NCBI GenBank assembly: GCA_038888155.1
Contig: JAWAJB010000001.1
Span: 96,001-160,000, forward strand
From: Desulfurococcaceae archaeon
GTDB taxonomy: Archaea; Thermoproteota; Thermoprotei_A; Sulfolobales; Desulfurococcaceae
Direction of reading: 5' to 3'
Length of the DNA: 64,000 bases
The notes under the pieces are model-generated. The model made no database searches. It was not told the origin of the DNA and worked only from the letters and a program-made list of their open reading frames with translations. Both the position numbers and the translations under genes were made by a program. Position 1 is the stretch's first letter. Each line of letters starts with the position of its first letter. Of the stretch, positions 20,743 through 30,482 are shown in pieces.

Positions 20743-21447
20743 CTACTGATTGATCCTCTTAATCTTCTTCTCTGCTCTTTTAAGTACTTCTAGTATTTCT
20801 TCGTTGGGAACGTATCCAGGTATAAAGTCAATTGGATTTGCACCGTATGTGTTGTACTCCTCTATTCTATTAACAGCAACGAAGGGAACGTACTGAACAA
20901 AATATTTGTCTGCCTCAATAGGATTTTCAAACGCCTCAATCGTTTCGACTAATATGTTGCTGTTAATTAAACCAACCTGATTAAGGAAGTCGACAACTAC
21001 AGAACAATATGGACATTCGGGTGTCACAAACACCTTGATATGTAGGGGCGTCTCTATGGACTCTATTTCCTCTGCAATATTTCGGGAGAGCTTAACGCCT
21101 TCGGATATATACTCGTGAGTAAATATGAATGGTGCAAATTCCTGTCCGCTAGGGAGGCCGTAAAATCGCACGTTTTTTGCTCTAGTGTCGTATATAAACG
21201 CAGGTAAATATCTGGGTCTGTACAAACTGCTATTCTTGTTGTCCAGTATCTCAAAAGCTAGCCGTCCTTCGGTGATCCGAGTAAGCTCGAGCGCTAACTG
21301 CTTGGCCTCCGGACATGTCTTACACTTCCCTGATATACCTGGATGCTCTAAAGAATCAAGCACCAACGAGTCTTTCAGGCTTTTCTTGAAGCTATTAAAT
21401 AGCTTTCTCAGCTCATTCGCTGTTTCCTCGTCGAATAAACCACTCAC
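20743..21447 (-). CDS. Protein disulfide oxidoreductase (two thioredoxin folds)
   Basis: CKTC and CPYC motifs, FYGLPSGQEF. A GGAGGTGA SD places the start at GTG 21447. Confidence 0.9.
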   Translation of the reverse strand: MSGLFDEETANELRKLFNSFKKSLKDSLVLDSLEHPGISGKCKTCPEAKQLALELTRITEGRLAFEILDNKNSSLYRPRYLPAFIYDTRAKNVRFYGLPSGQEFAPFIFTHEYISEGVKLSRNIAEEIESIETPLHIKVFVTPECPYCSVVVDFLNQVGLINSNILVETIEAFENPIEADKYFVQYVPFVAVNRIEEYNTYGANPIDFIPGYVPNEEILEVLKRAEKKIKRINQ

Positions 21448-21504
21448 ACACTTCACCTCCAATGGATTTAGGTAAAAAATAAAGCCCTTAAAAATAAGTT
21501 TCAA

Positions 21505-22281
21505 ATGAAGGAGAGCGCTTTGAGGAAAACGCTTCAACAGAAATTTCTAGAGATCCTGCGCGAAAATCCAGGCGTATCGCTTAAAGATGCTACCAGGATG
21601 CTAAATACTGATGTAAATACGCTTAAAAAAACAGCTTACAGGCTTAGATCGCTAGGCTACGTTGAGCGGGCTGGAAATGCCTATATTTTAACGGAGAGGG
21701 GATCAAAATACCTAGAGTACTTAGAGCGTGTAAATGTGAGCTTGGCAGGGGATGAAAGACGAGAAGAGGTCGAGAAAATATCTCCTAAAACTACACCATC
21801 AAACCTCTTTGTGATCAAAGAGAATAGCCGCAATGAAGTGGAGCGCGCAGATAAAGGCACAGAGGAAGAGCGTCGAGAGGATGTATTAAACTCTTTGAGA
21901 AATCTCATAGAGAAATTAACAAACTTGGAAGAACGCGTGAAAGACTTGGAAGAGTCTATTAAGAGCATCGAAAAGGCTATCGAATCACTTCGTGGGAAAA
22001 AGCAGGAGAAACGCAATTTAGAGCACCCCGTTATGCTATACAATGATGCGGTCTCGAAATATGGAGCTGTTGTTGACAGATTGCTCGCCGAGAATAGGCT
22101 TCTTAGGATTGGCTCACTTGTTGTTGATATGGGTTTTTACTCTGATTTTAAGTCTAGGTTTCCTATAAAGGTAGCCGATGTAGACAAGTTATCGCAGTAC
22201 CACAGAGTACTACTCGAAGAAATGAGAAAAGAGGCATTGGTAATACTACATGGAGGTAAGGAGTACAGGTTGGTTGAGTGA
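21505..22281 (+). CDS. Winged-helix + coiled-coil protein of unknown function
   Basis: N-terminal wHTH (ENPGVSLKD...LRSLGYVE...YILTERG) and central heptad repeats (LEERVKDLEESIKSIEKAIE). Confidence 0.75.
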   Translation: MKESALRKTLQQKFLEILRENPGVSLKDATRMLNTDVNTLKKTAYRLRSLGYVERAGNAYILTERGSKYLEYLERVNVSLAGDERREEVEKISPKTTPSNLFVIKENSRNEVERADKGTEEERREDVLNSLRNLIEKLTNLEERVKDLEESIKSIEKAIESLRGKKQEKRNLEHPVMLYNDAVSKYGAVVDRLLAENRLLRIGSLVVDMGFYSDFKSRFPIKVADVDKLSQYHRVLLEEMRKEALVILHGGKEYRLVE

Positions 22282-22347
22282 CGAATTTTTCCTGCGTAAT
22301 TGATAGTGTGCCCTAAAATCGATTTAGTTAAGAGCTATTCTGTGAAG

Positions 22348-23436
22348 CTAGTCCTCTGATTCTTCATAGCCTAACGTAATCACGGGCGCGTATTTCTCTG
22401 GACAGGTGACTCCATCGGGACACCCTTTTCCATGCCTAATGGGATTACTTAACCTACTTACTAGAACTATTCTACTGGGAATAGACTCTCCCAAGAGAGA
22501 GTAGCCAGTTAAACTTGCGAGGTTCTTTGCGAATTCACGTACATCTTGGTGTGTAGGTGTATTGTTTATTGAGAGGCGGCCCTTGCTTCTGCCCAAATGC
22601 ATGTAGGCTTTTACCTCAACGTAGTGTGGATTACCCTTTTCAATAAACTTAGCAAAGCTATCGAGTGCTTCTTTATGATCATTAAAGCCTTTAACTAGCG
22701 TAATTCTGAAAACTACAGGTGAATTAAATCCCCTCACGTAGTCTATGGTCTCCTGAAAGAGCTCCCACGCCCTTGGGACCATTGGCCTATCGAAGTACTC
22801 GTACGAGTCCTTGCTCCACGCTTCAATACTAATGTATAATTGGCTCGGCTCTTTTTCAAGGTTCTTCAAGATGTCAGGTCTTGTGCCATGAGTAACAAGA
22901 AATGTGGTTAAACCTCTCTTGTGGTACTCTCCAATGAGGTCGCCCAAATTTGGGTAAAGCAGCGGTTCTCCAGCTAAGCTTATAGCTACATGCTTTGGTT
23001 CCATAGCTTCTTTGACCAAATTCTGGTCCGCTCTGCGATTTCCCTTGAAGCCTGAAACTATCTGTTTATATGCATGAATGCTCTCGTCCACAATAACGCG
23101 AGGATCATCTACGATTGGGGGCCTAGTGTCGTCCCAGTGCATTCCTATGTCCTCAGGTTGAATCCTCCAACAGTGTAGACACCTATTCCAACACCAAACA
23201 ACAACAGGTGTCATCTGAATACATCTATGGCTTTCGATGCCGTACCATAAACACTTATAGCAGAACCTATGGCGCAAAAAAGCCTCTTTAGTCCAGTGAC
23301 ATCTCTTTACAGCACCGATCGTCCCAATAATGTGGTATCCCTGTTTAATGAGCCTCTCGTAAATGACCTTAAAGGCTGGGCTACTGTTCCAGAACTCTTC
23401 CCTCTTGCGCTTAACTTCTTCAAGGTCTAAGGCCAT
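22348..23436 (-). CDS. taw1: 4-demethylwyosine synthase Taw1/TYW1 (radical SAM)
   Basis: VKRCHWT, CYKCLWYGIESHRCIQMTP, CWNRCLHCWR, HVAISLAGEP and EVKAYM motifs. Confidence 0.95.
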   Translation of the reverse strand: MALDLEEVKRKREEFWNSSPAFKVIYERLIKQGYHIIGTIGAVKRCHWTKEAFLRHRFCYKCLWYGIESHRCIQMTPVVVWCWNRCLHCWRIQPEDIGMHWDDTRPPIVDDPRVIVDESIHAYKQIVSGFKGNRRADQNLVKEAMEPKHVAISLAGEPLLYPNLGDLIGEYHKRGLTTFLVTHGTRPDILKNLEKEPSQLYISIEAWSKDSYEYFDRPMVPRAWELFQETIDYVRGFNSPVVFRITLVKGFNDHKEALDSFAKFIEKGNPHYVEVKAYMHLGRSKGRLSINNTPTHQDVREFAKNLASLTGYSLLGESIPSRIVLVSRLSNPIRHGKGCPDGVTCPEKYAPVITLGYEESED

Positions 23437-23497
23437 TAAAAAGACCTCGTAGAGTATATTCGTATTAGTCTTAATAAAATAAAAGCGTGAGGATAAC

Positions 23498-23503
23498 TTA
23501 TAA
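23498..23503 (+). promoter_or_regulatory. TATA box for the C/D sRNA-biotin carrier transcript
   Basis: TTATAA about 25 nt upstream of the sRNA C box. Confidence 0.55.
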
Positions 23504-23525
23504 CTGCCTTCACCGATATTTAGCT

Positions 23526-23583
23526 ACAGTGATGAGCGAACCCGTGGCGGACAGATGAAGATGGTTGGCGTTACTGAGGCTGA
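23526..23583 (+). ncRNA. C/D box methylation-guide sRNA
   Basis: C box GTGATGA 23529-35, 12-nt guide GCGAACCCGTGG, D' CGGA, 3 nt, C' ATGAAGA, 12-nt guide TGGTTGGCGTTA, D CTGA 23574-77, short CAG/CTG terminal stem. This is canonical archaeal 12/12 spacing. Confidence 0.85.
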
Positions 23584-23588
23584 AACAC

Positions 23589-24119
23589 TTGCCCAAGCTA
23601 TATAGAGTACGTAGTAGCCTAGGAGTAGACATCGAGCTCGAAATCCTCGAGAGAAGCAAAGACACTTTAGTCTTCAAGGATACAAGGACGGGCAGCCTGT
23701 ACAAAGTTCAAATAAAAAAGGCCAATGGAGGCAAATATATCATAAATGTCAATGGTACAGATCATATAGTTTATTCCAGCGAGGAAACGGGCGTGTTTAT
23801 AGACTTCGCTACACCCTTAATTACAGAAGTTATCTCAGAAACCATTCGGGGAAAGGAAAAAGAGACTGAGGAAATAAAAGAAAAGCAAAAAACTTTGGAC
23901 CCTGCCGTTCTTTATTCCCCCATTTCTGGGAGAGTGCTTGAGATAAAAGTAAAACCTGGAACAACTGTAAAACTGGGGGATACAGTAATATTAATGGAGT
24001 CCATGAAAATGATCATAGAGGTAAAATCTCACCTATCTGGTATAATAGAGGAAATATATGTGAACCCAGGCATAGCAGTGAGGCGAGGAGATAGGCTCCT
24101 CAAAGTGAAGCCCTCATAG
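23589..24119 (+). CDS. accB: Biotin carboxyl carrier protein
   Basis: SPISGRV...GDTVILMESMKM (biotin Lys)...GDRLL. The start is placed at TTG 23589, downstream of the sRNA. Confidence 0.9.
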   Translation: MPKLYRVRSSLGVDIELEILERSKDTLVFKDTRTGSLYKVQIKKANGGKYIINVNGTDHIVYSSEETGVFIDFATPLITEVISETIRGKEKETEEIKEKQKTLDPAVLYSPISGRVLEIKVKPGTTVKLGDTVILMESMKMIIEVKSHLSGIIEEIYVNPGIAVRRGDRLLKVKPS

Positions 24120-25670
24120 CGGTATATTTGAGTGCTTTCTAAGCGGGGGAACATCAACTCTTTTTTCGGAGAGCACAGCTAACGAATCGTAGAGCTTCTT
24201 CCTCGTTGTGGCCATATCTATGATATCATCTACGTAGCCGAGCTCAGCTGCCCTAAACGGGTTTGCAAATAGTTCTCTGTATTCCTTGAGCTTTTCCTTG
24301 AATAGTGATTCGGGGTCTGAAGACTTCTCCAATTCCCTCCTGTATAATATTCTTACTGCTCCTTCGGGTCCCATTACAGCTATCTCGGCAGTGGGCCAAG
24401 CGTAATTGATATCGCTTCCAAGCGAGAGGCTACCCATAGCTATATAAGCTCCTCCGTACGCTTTTCTCATTATAATAGTTATCTTTGGGACAGTTGCCTC
24501 GGCATAAGCGTGTAGAACTTTTGCGCCGTGTTTTATTATACCACCGTGTTCTTGGTCAATTCCAGGCATGAAGCCCGGAGTATCAACTAGGGTTACTATG
24601 GGTAAGTTAAATGAATCGCAAAATCTCACGAACCTAGATATTTTGTTACTTGAGTCTATATCTATCACGCCAGCATTTACTTCAGGCTGATTTGAGACAA
24701 TACAAACAGAGTATCCGCCAATTCTTCCGAAGCCAACAACTGCTGTTTTCGCATAATTCGCGTGCACTTCTAAGAAATCGCCGTTGTCAACAATAGATCT
24801 AATTACTTTTTTCACATCAAAGGGCTTCATTGGATCTGTTGGAACGATTTCGTACAGCTCGTCTAGCTTCCGCTCAACCGGATCATTTGTTGGAACAAAT
24901 GGGGGCTCCTCTGTATTGTTGCTGGGCAGGTAAGAAAGGATTTTCCTTGCAATAGCAAATGCTTCTTCTTCGGTTTCAGCTATAAAGTGGGCCACTCCGC
25001 TAACGGAGCCGTGGACGTCAGATCCCCCCAGTTGTTCAAATGTAACACTTACTCCTGTGGCCGCTTTCACAACTTCAGGTCCTGTGATGAACATGTATGC
25101 TCCTTTAACAATTATTACGAAGTCCATAAGTGCAGGACTATAGGCAGCTGCACCAGCACAGGGACCTAGTATGATCGCTATTTGCGGTATTACGCCGCTT
25201 GCCTTAACGTTAGCGTAGAATATTTTACCGCACCCGCTTAATGACGCAACCCCCTCTTGTATTCTTGCCCCTCCTGAATCGTACAGCCCAATGACGGGTG
25301 CCCCCATCTGTACGGCCTGCTCAATTATTTTTGCTACTTTTTCGCCGTGGGATTCGCCTATACTGCCGCCGAGGACAGTGAAGTCTTGCCCATATATGTA
25401 TACAAGTCTTCCATCTATTTTTCCATATCCAACTAATACTCCGTCTCCATAAAATTTCTGCTTATCTAGCCCAAAATGAGTGGACCTATGCACTCTCATC
25501 CACTGAAACTCGACAAAGGAGTCTGGATCGAGTAGCCTCGCTACTCTTTCTCTAACCCATAGTTTACCTCGTTGCCTGAGCTGTTCTATTTTATCCTTTC
25601 CTCCTCCGAGATATGATAACTCTCTGTACTTCTCCACGCTATTCAATAATTCTTCATGCGAGGACATCAT
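24114..25670 (-). CDS. Acyl-CoA carboxylase carboxyltransferase subunit (PccB/MmdA family)
   Basis: GDGV, QDFTVLGGS, DSGGARIQEG, GPCAG, DTPGFMPG, RKAYGGAY, AVMGPEGA and KHSNIPL motifs. Confidence 0.93.
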   Translation of the reverse strand: MMSSHEELLNSVEKYRELSYLGGGKDKIEQLRQRGKLWVRERVARLLDPDSFVEFQWMRVHRSTHFGLDKQKFYGDGVLVGYGKIDGRLVYIYGQDFTVLGGSIGESHGEKVAKIIEQAVQMGAPVIGLYDSGGARIQEGVASLSGCGKIFYANVKASGVIPQIAIILGPCAGAAAYSPALMDFVIIVKGAYMFITGPEVVKAATGVSVTFEQLGGSDVHGSVSGVAHFIAETEEEAFAIARKILSYLPSNNTEEPPFVPTNDPVERKLDELYEIVPTDPMKPFDVKKVIRSIVDNGDFLEVHANYAKTAVVGFGRIGGYSVCIVSNQPEVNAGVIDIDSSNKISRFVRFCDSFNLPIVTLVDTPGFMPGIDQEHGGIIKHGAKVLHAYAEATVPKITIIMRKAYGGAYIAMGSLSLGSDINYAWPTAEIAVMGPEGAVRILYRRELEKSSDPESLFKEKLKEYRELFANPFRAAELGYVDDIIDMATTRKKLYDSLAVLSEKRVDVPPLRKHSNIPL

Positions 25671-26842
25671 TTAACCCTTTTGAATATAGCTATTGAAGTG
25701 GTTGTGCCAATGCCACCGATATTGTGCACTAAAGCAATTTCTGGGTCACTTGCTTTGTACCCAGGGAAATCTCCTCTCAGTTGCATCGCTGACTCTACAG
25801 CCTGGTAGATCCCTGTTGCACCAACGGGATGGCCTCTAGCCTTTAATCCGCCGCTGAAATTTATCTCTGGGCTATCCCCCTTCTGAAATTTGCCGTCTTT
25901 AAATAGTTTTGGTGCTGATCCCTTGGGCGCGAAACCTAAGTCCTCAATAGAGGTGTATGCCGTTATATGAAAGGCGTCGTGTAGCTCAACATAGTCTATA
26001 TCTTTAACAGTTAATCCGGCTTTACTTAGCGCCTCCCTAGATGCCTTTACGGTGGAGCTTAGCGTAATTAAGTCGTTCCTCGAAGAAAGATCTACACTAT
26101 CCGTTGAAACTGCAACGCTAGCCATCTCAACTAGGGTTTCTTTCTTAGCTAGCTTGGCAATCTCTCTAGCTTTTTCTTCACCCCGCACTAACAAGATCAC
26201 AGATGCGCCATCGCCAAGCGGCGAGGAGTGAAACAGCTTAATAGGATCCGCTATAATAGGGCTACTCATTATCTCATCAATAGTTGTTTTCCTGGGTAAC
26301 TGAGCATATGGGTTGTAGCTAGCGTACTCGTGCATTTTTAAAGGCCACAGGGAGAGATCCTCCTCGCTGTATCCAAATAAATGCATGTAGAGTCTCGCAA
26401 TCATTGCATTTAACCCCGTGAATGTGGCGCCGTAAAATAATTCAAAGTCTGCGTCTGCAGCTTGAGCTAGTGCCTTTGTAGCCACCTCTGATATGCCCTC
26501 AGTTAGTTTTTCAACGCCCCCCACGGCAACAACGTCTACTAATCCAGACTTCACCAACGCATACCCGGCGTATAAAGCTACGCCCCCGCTTCCGCACGCC
26601 GCTTCGACCTTAAATGCAGGTAGGCCGCGGAAACCCGCGTAGTCAGCTAAGAGGGAGCCGAGGTTGTCTTGCCTCATTAGCACACTTGAAGTCATATTAC
26701 CTACGACTATTGCCTGTGGTTTCAATCCACCAGAGTCCTCTATTGCTTTCCATAGGGCCTCGGAGAATAGTTCCTTGGCATGTTTCTCGTAAAACCTTCC
26801 AACCTTAGTTAGCCCAACACCAACAACGAATATCCGTTCCAC
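25667..26842 (-). CDS. Acetyl-CoA C-acetyltransferase (archaeal thiolase)
   Basis: VEAACGSG, NPYAQ, ELHDAF, GHPVGATG and HNIGG motifs. A GGTG SD precedes GTG 26842. ATGA overlap with the carboxyltransferase. Confidence 0.92.
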   Translation of the reverse strand: MERIFVVGVGLTKVGRFYEKHAKELFSEALWKAIEDSGGLKPQAIVVGNMTSSVLMRQDNLGSLLADYAGFRGLPAFKVEAACGSGGVALYAGYALVKSGLVDVVAVGGVEKLTEGISEVATKALAQAADADFELFYGATFTGLNAMIARLYMHLFGYSEEDLSLWPLKMHEYASYNPYAQLPRKTTIDEIMSSPIIADPIKLFHSSPLGDGASVILLVRGEEKAREIAKLAKKETLVEMASVAVSTDSVDLSSRNDLITLSSTVKASREALSKAGLTVKDIDYVELHDAFHITAYTSIEDLGFAPKGSAPKLFKDGKFQKGDSPEINFSGGLKARGHPVGATGIYQAVESAMQLRGDFPGYKASDPEIALVHNIGGIGTTTSIAIFKRVK

Positions 26843-26942
26843 AGAAAAACACCTGAAATATACTACCATAAGCGAGGTATAAAAATCGGTTACAGCCTTG
26901 ACTCTATTTTAGTGCAATTGGCCCACCCAACTGATAATTAAG

Positions 26943-27692
26943 GTGGTGATGTTCTCTTTGGAAGCGATTATAAATGAACTGAAAAATTTCATACACGAAA
27001 TCCAAAGCGAGGACATTAGAGACTTAGTTGAAGGCTTGATAAACGAGCCTCTTTTAACTTTTACCGATGCCAAACCAGTTATTAAATTAGAGGATTCGCC
27101 TGCTGCCCCCAGAAAGCATCATTTCTTTACAGGGGGATTGATATTGCACACGTACTCAGTTGTGAACATTTCCTTATCGTTAGCCGAGATATTAAATGAG
27201 GTTTACGGATTAAAAGTAAATAGAGATATTGTAATAGCCGTAGCCATTTTGCACGACATATTTAAGTACTATCAATATGAACCGGACTATGTTAACGGAG
27301 GATATAAGATAAGAGAGGATTGGTTTCTAGGGCATGACTACGCCGTTGTCGCTGAACTATCTAGGAGAAACGCCCCAGAAAAGCTCATAAGGGCTATCTC
27401 GGAAGTGCATGGACAAGCTCCATTTACAACTACAGAGGGGCTTATAGTTCACCTCGCTGATAGCATTGACGCAAGGATAGTGGAGATATTGCAAAACACT
27501 CTACTATCTCGAGCTAAAGAATATGAGAGAGATTGTCCAGTTCATAAGGCTCTTAACAAGCTAATTGCAGAGATCGGCTTACAGCGTGTAATGATTTACC
27601 TATTTAATGAAACAAGCAATCTAAAGCAGACGATTAAGGAGGTATGCAACAATATTACACAAGTAGAAAAAAGATCTGCGGCTAGCTCGTAG
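26943..27692 (+). CDS. HD-domain phosphohydrolase (YhaM-like)
   Basis: KHH..GGLILHT, LHDIFK, GH, VHG and HLAD motifs. Confidence 0.8.
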   Translation: MVMFSLEAIINELKNFIHEIQSEDIRDLVEGLINEPLLTFTDAKPVIKLEDSPAAPRKHHFFTGGLILHTYSVVNISLSLAEILNEVYGLKVNRDIVIAVAILHDIFKYYQYEPDYVNGGYKIREDWFLGHDYAVVAELSRRNAPEKLIRAISEVHGQAPFTTTEGLIVHLADSIDARIVEILQNTLLSRAKEYERDCPVHKALNKLIAEIGLQRVMIYLFNETSNLKQTIKEVCNNITQVEKRSAASS

Positions 27693-27967
27693 AGATCCTA
27701 GAAGTTAAATTTTGCTAGAGCTGATCTTGTGAACTGCGTATCAATTTAAATACAACAAACGCTCTTCAGCCTGAATTCTACCTAAGAGGTTATTGACATC
27801 TCTGTGATAACCCATAAGGTAATTCTCGACCACTACAGTTGTCCAACATAATGTGGAAGTTTTACAAGAGGATTAAGATAGGCTATTTTCTCTGCCGTTA
27901 AACTCGATTAAAGCTGTACATGAACATAGGTCTTAGAGATGTTTACGATCGTTAGATGACAAAAATC

Positions 27968-28552
27968 TTAAAGTAAGCGCTCGCTCGACGACATTGCCGA
28001 GCTTATAATTAAGTGGAAGTAAATCGGTATCACTATTGCTATAGAGATGAGCTCGGGAACCGCAGCTCCTTTTGGAGTTCTGAACGTAAAATGAAGCGTC
28101 CACGTTGTAGCACTTAAAATAACTAGCCATAATACTAGCGCAGTAAAGTACTTGTTCCTTAGCTTGGTTGCATATAAAATCGAAAACAGGAGTATTAGTA
28201 CGAAAAATACAACAGAAGCTATGAAGTGAAGATACCCGTATGCCTCGTTGAAGACTGCCACGAGAATTAATGAGTAACCAGCGGCAAATAGCAATACACC
28301 AAAAAGGCGATTAACTGAGTGCAGGCATTTACATGCAGAGACTGCGATTAACAAGCCGCCTAAGGACAGACCTAAATTAAATATAGGTGAAATGCCGCTC
28401 TTGGTGGGATGACCTAGATCGCTTAATGCGTTTTCCCAGAGGTCAAACCAGCCAGAGAGAGCAATAGACAAGCAAATTGAGAGCAAAGGCGCCAAGACTG
28501 ATGCTATGGATATAATAATACAAGTTTTATGTTTCATAGCCTTCATCTCCAA
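27968..28552 (-). CDS. DUF998-like membrane protein
   Basis: WFDLWENALSDLG, FNLGL, H..ASV.FF and AVPEL motifs; multi-TM. Confidence 0.75.
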   Translation of the reverse strand: MEMKAMKHKTCIIISIASVLAPLLSICLSIALSGWFDLWENALSDLGHPTKSGISPIFNLGLSLGGLLIAVSACKCLHSVNRLFGVLLFAAGYSLILVAVFNEAYGYLHFIASVVFFVLILLFSILYATKLRNKYFTALVLWLVILSATTWTLHFTFRTPKGAAVPELISIAIVIPIYFHLIISSAMSSSERLL

Positions 28553-28557
28553 CTTAT

Positions 28558-29310
28558 TTACTTTATATCAACGCTTTCTATATCTAAGACCTGTTTTAGT
28601 TCGCCCAAGAGAGCATTAACTTTATCGCTGAGTGCATCTCTAGATGGTAATGAAATAACTATGCTTAGTCTCACGGGAGTTGATGCATGGGTCTTAAAAT
28701 AATACTCTGAGTATTTTTGTTTTAGAGAAGATATCAAAGAATCGACCTCAGACTCCCTTCTGTGTTTTGTTACGATATCTATTGTTACTGTATAATACTT
28801 GGCCCTGCAACTCAATATTGGGCTTATCTCGCTCTCAAAAATGCTCTTCATTTCGGCTGGGACGCCGGGCAAAAAGAATACATCCTTGTTGTTTACCTGC
28901 AAGTATACCCCAGGTGAAATGCCCACGTGATTTTTAAGCGGTTTGCTACCTTCAGGTAAATATGCTGCCTTTATTTGGTATGAAACGCCTCTACTCAACT
29001 TTGCTCTGATCATATCTAATGCTTCCTCGTTGAGAATCAACTTAAGCCCAAGGGCTCTAGCAGATGCCTCTAGTGTTATGTCGTCTGCTGTGAACCCCAA
29101 TCCACCGCTGACTATAACTGCATCAGATACCTCGAGAGCAGATCTTAATGCCCATGATATGTCTTCAAAACTGTCTGGAACTACGATTATTCTCACTACG
29201 TTGAAGCCAAGCTCTGTTACTCTCTTCGATAGCCAGTGCGAGTTTGTATCCTGAGTTATTCCCTTTAAGACCTCTGAGCCGACTATAATAATTGAGGCGC
29301 TGTAGGGCAT
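28558..29310 (-). CDS. CinA-like molybdopterin-binding domain protein
   Basis: IVGSEVLKG.TQDTNS, VPD, SGGLGFTADDIT and LPGVPAEM motifs. Confidence 0.88.
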   Translation of the reverse strand: MPYSASIIIVGSEVLKGITQDTNSHWLSKRVTELGFNVVRIIVVPDSFEDISWALRSALEVSDAVIVSGGLGFTADDITLEASARALGLKLILNEEALDMIRAKLSRGVSYQIKAAYLPEGSKPLKNHVGISPGVYLQVNNKDVFFLPGVPAEMKSIFESEISPILSCRAKYYTVTIDIVTKHRRESEVDSLISSLKQKYSEYYFKTHASTPVRLSIVISLPSRDALSDKVNALLGELKQVLDIESVDIK

Positions 29311-29362
29311 AACAATACCATTATTTAGTGTCTAAATTACTATACATTTTTTGCACCTAAAT

Positions 29363-30388
29363 TTAGTGAGCACGTTTATTGAAACCTGGAGGTCTAGTCA
29401 ACAGCACCTCTCTATTAATGAGGTATGGAGGAACTTTTCCTTCAGAGAACGCTATAAGGTTCTCAGCTGCAAGCTCAGCAACGCGGTGCCTAGTCTCGTG
29501 AGTTGCCGATCCTATGTGAGGAGTAAGCACAACGTTTTTAAGTGTTGCTAGCGGGTGGTTTGCATATAATGGTTCATTCTCAAATACATCTAGGCCCGCT
29601 CCAGCTATCCAGCCCTCTTTGAGCGCTTTAACTAATGCCTCCGTGTCTACAACTGCCCCTCGCGCTACGTTGACTAATATAGCTGTTCGCTTCATTTTTC
29701 TGAGCCTATTTTCATCTATCATGTGGTACGTCTCCTTTGTTAGCGGGACGTGTAGCGCGACAATATCCGCCTCTTCGAGGAGCTTATCGATGTCTCTGAA
29801 CTCGGCTTTTAGCTCATCCTCGATAATAGGATTCCTGGACCTACTATTGTATATAACTTTCATGCCAAAACCCCTAGCACCTATCTCAGCAACTCTAAAT
29901 CCAATCCTGCCCGCGCCTACGACGCCTAATACCTTCCCCTTTAGTTCTATGCCTAACATCATTTTTGGATGCCAAGCCGTATTTGTTGCCTCCCACTCAC
30001 CAGATCTCACGAAGTAATCTGCCTCAACTATTCTTCGTGCAACTGCAAGTATTAGCGCCCATGTAAGCTCGGCGGTAGCGTCGGTGAGGACCCCTGGTGT
30101 ATTTGTGACGTATATACCCAACCTAGTAGCACAGCTGACATCAATGTTATCGTAACCGACCGCTAGCTGAGATACTATACGAAGGTTTGTAGCGCTTGAA
30201 AGCAAATTGCAATCTATTTTATCACTCAAGAGGCTGAGAATGGCGTCAACTTCTTTGGCTTTTTCCACGAGCTTTTCATAGGGCGGAGACTGATACTTGT
30301 TCCATACTTCTACGTCATAATACATTGACAGCCTCTCTATAACATCCTCCCATAATTCCCTTGAGATAAACAGCTTTGGCTTGGACAT
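29363..30388 (-). CDS. gyaR: Glyoxylate reductase / D-2-hydroxyacid dehydrogenase
   Basis: [42 protein letters not shown] and TPHIGSAT motifs. Confidence 0.9.
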   Translation of the reverse strand: MSKPKLFISRELWEDVIERLSMYYDVEVWNKYQSPPYEKLVEKAKEVDAILSLLSDKIDCNLLSSATNLRIVSQLAVGYDNIDVSCATRLGIYVTNTPGVLTDATAELTWALILAVARRIVEADYFVRSGEWEATNTAWHPKMMLGIELKGKVLGVVGAGRIGFRVAEIGARGFGMKVIYNSRSRNPIIEDELKAEFRDIDKLLEEADIVALHVPLTKETYHMIDENRLRKMKRTAILVNVARGAVVDTEALVKALKEGWIAGAGLDVFENEPLYANHPLATLKNVVLTPHIGSATHETRHRVAELAAENLIAFSEGKVPPYLINREVLLTRPPGFNKRAH

Positions 30389-30482
30389 GGCGTCCACTTT
30401 CCATTTATAATAAATAAGTGCCCGGTAATTAATAGATTTAAAAGACGCGAAAGACTAGGAACCGAGGATTAAATGTTCGTAA

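Noticed and set aside
22278-22340. GTGACGA...TTGA as a possible C/D sRNA
   Set aside because: Spacing is wrong, there is no C'/D pair, and the T-run is better read as a terminator.
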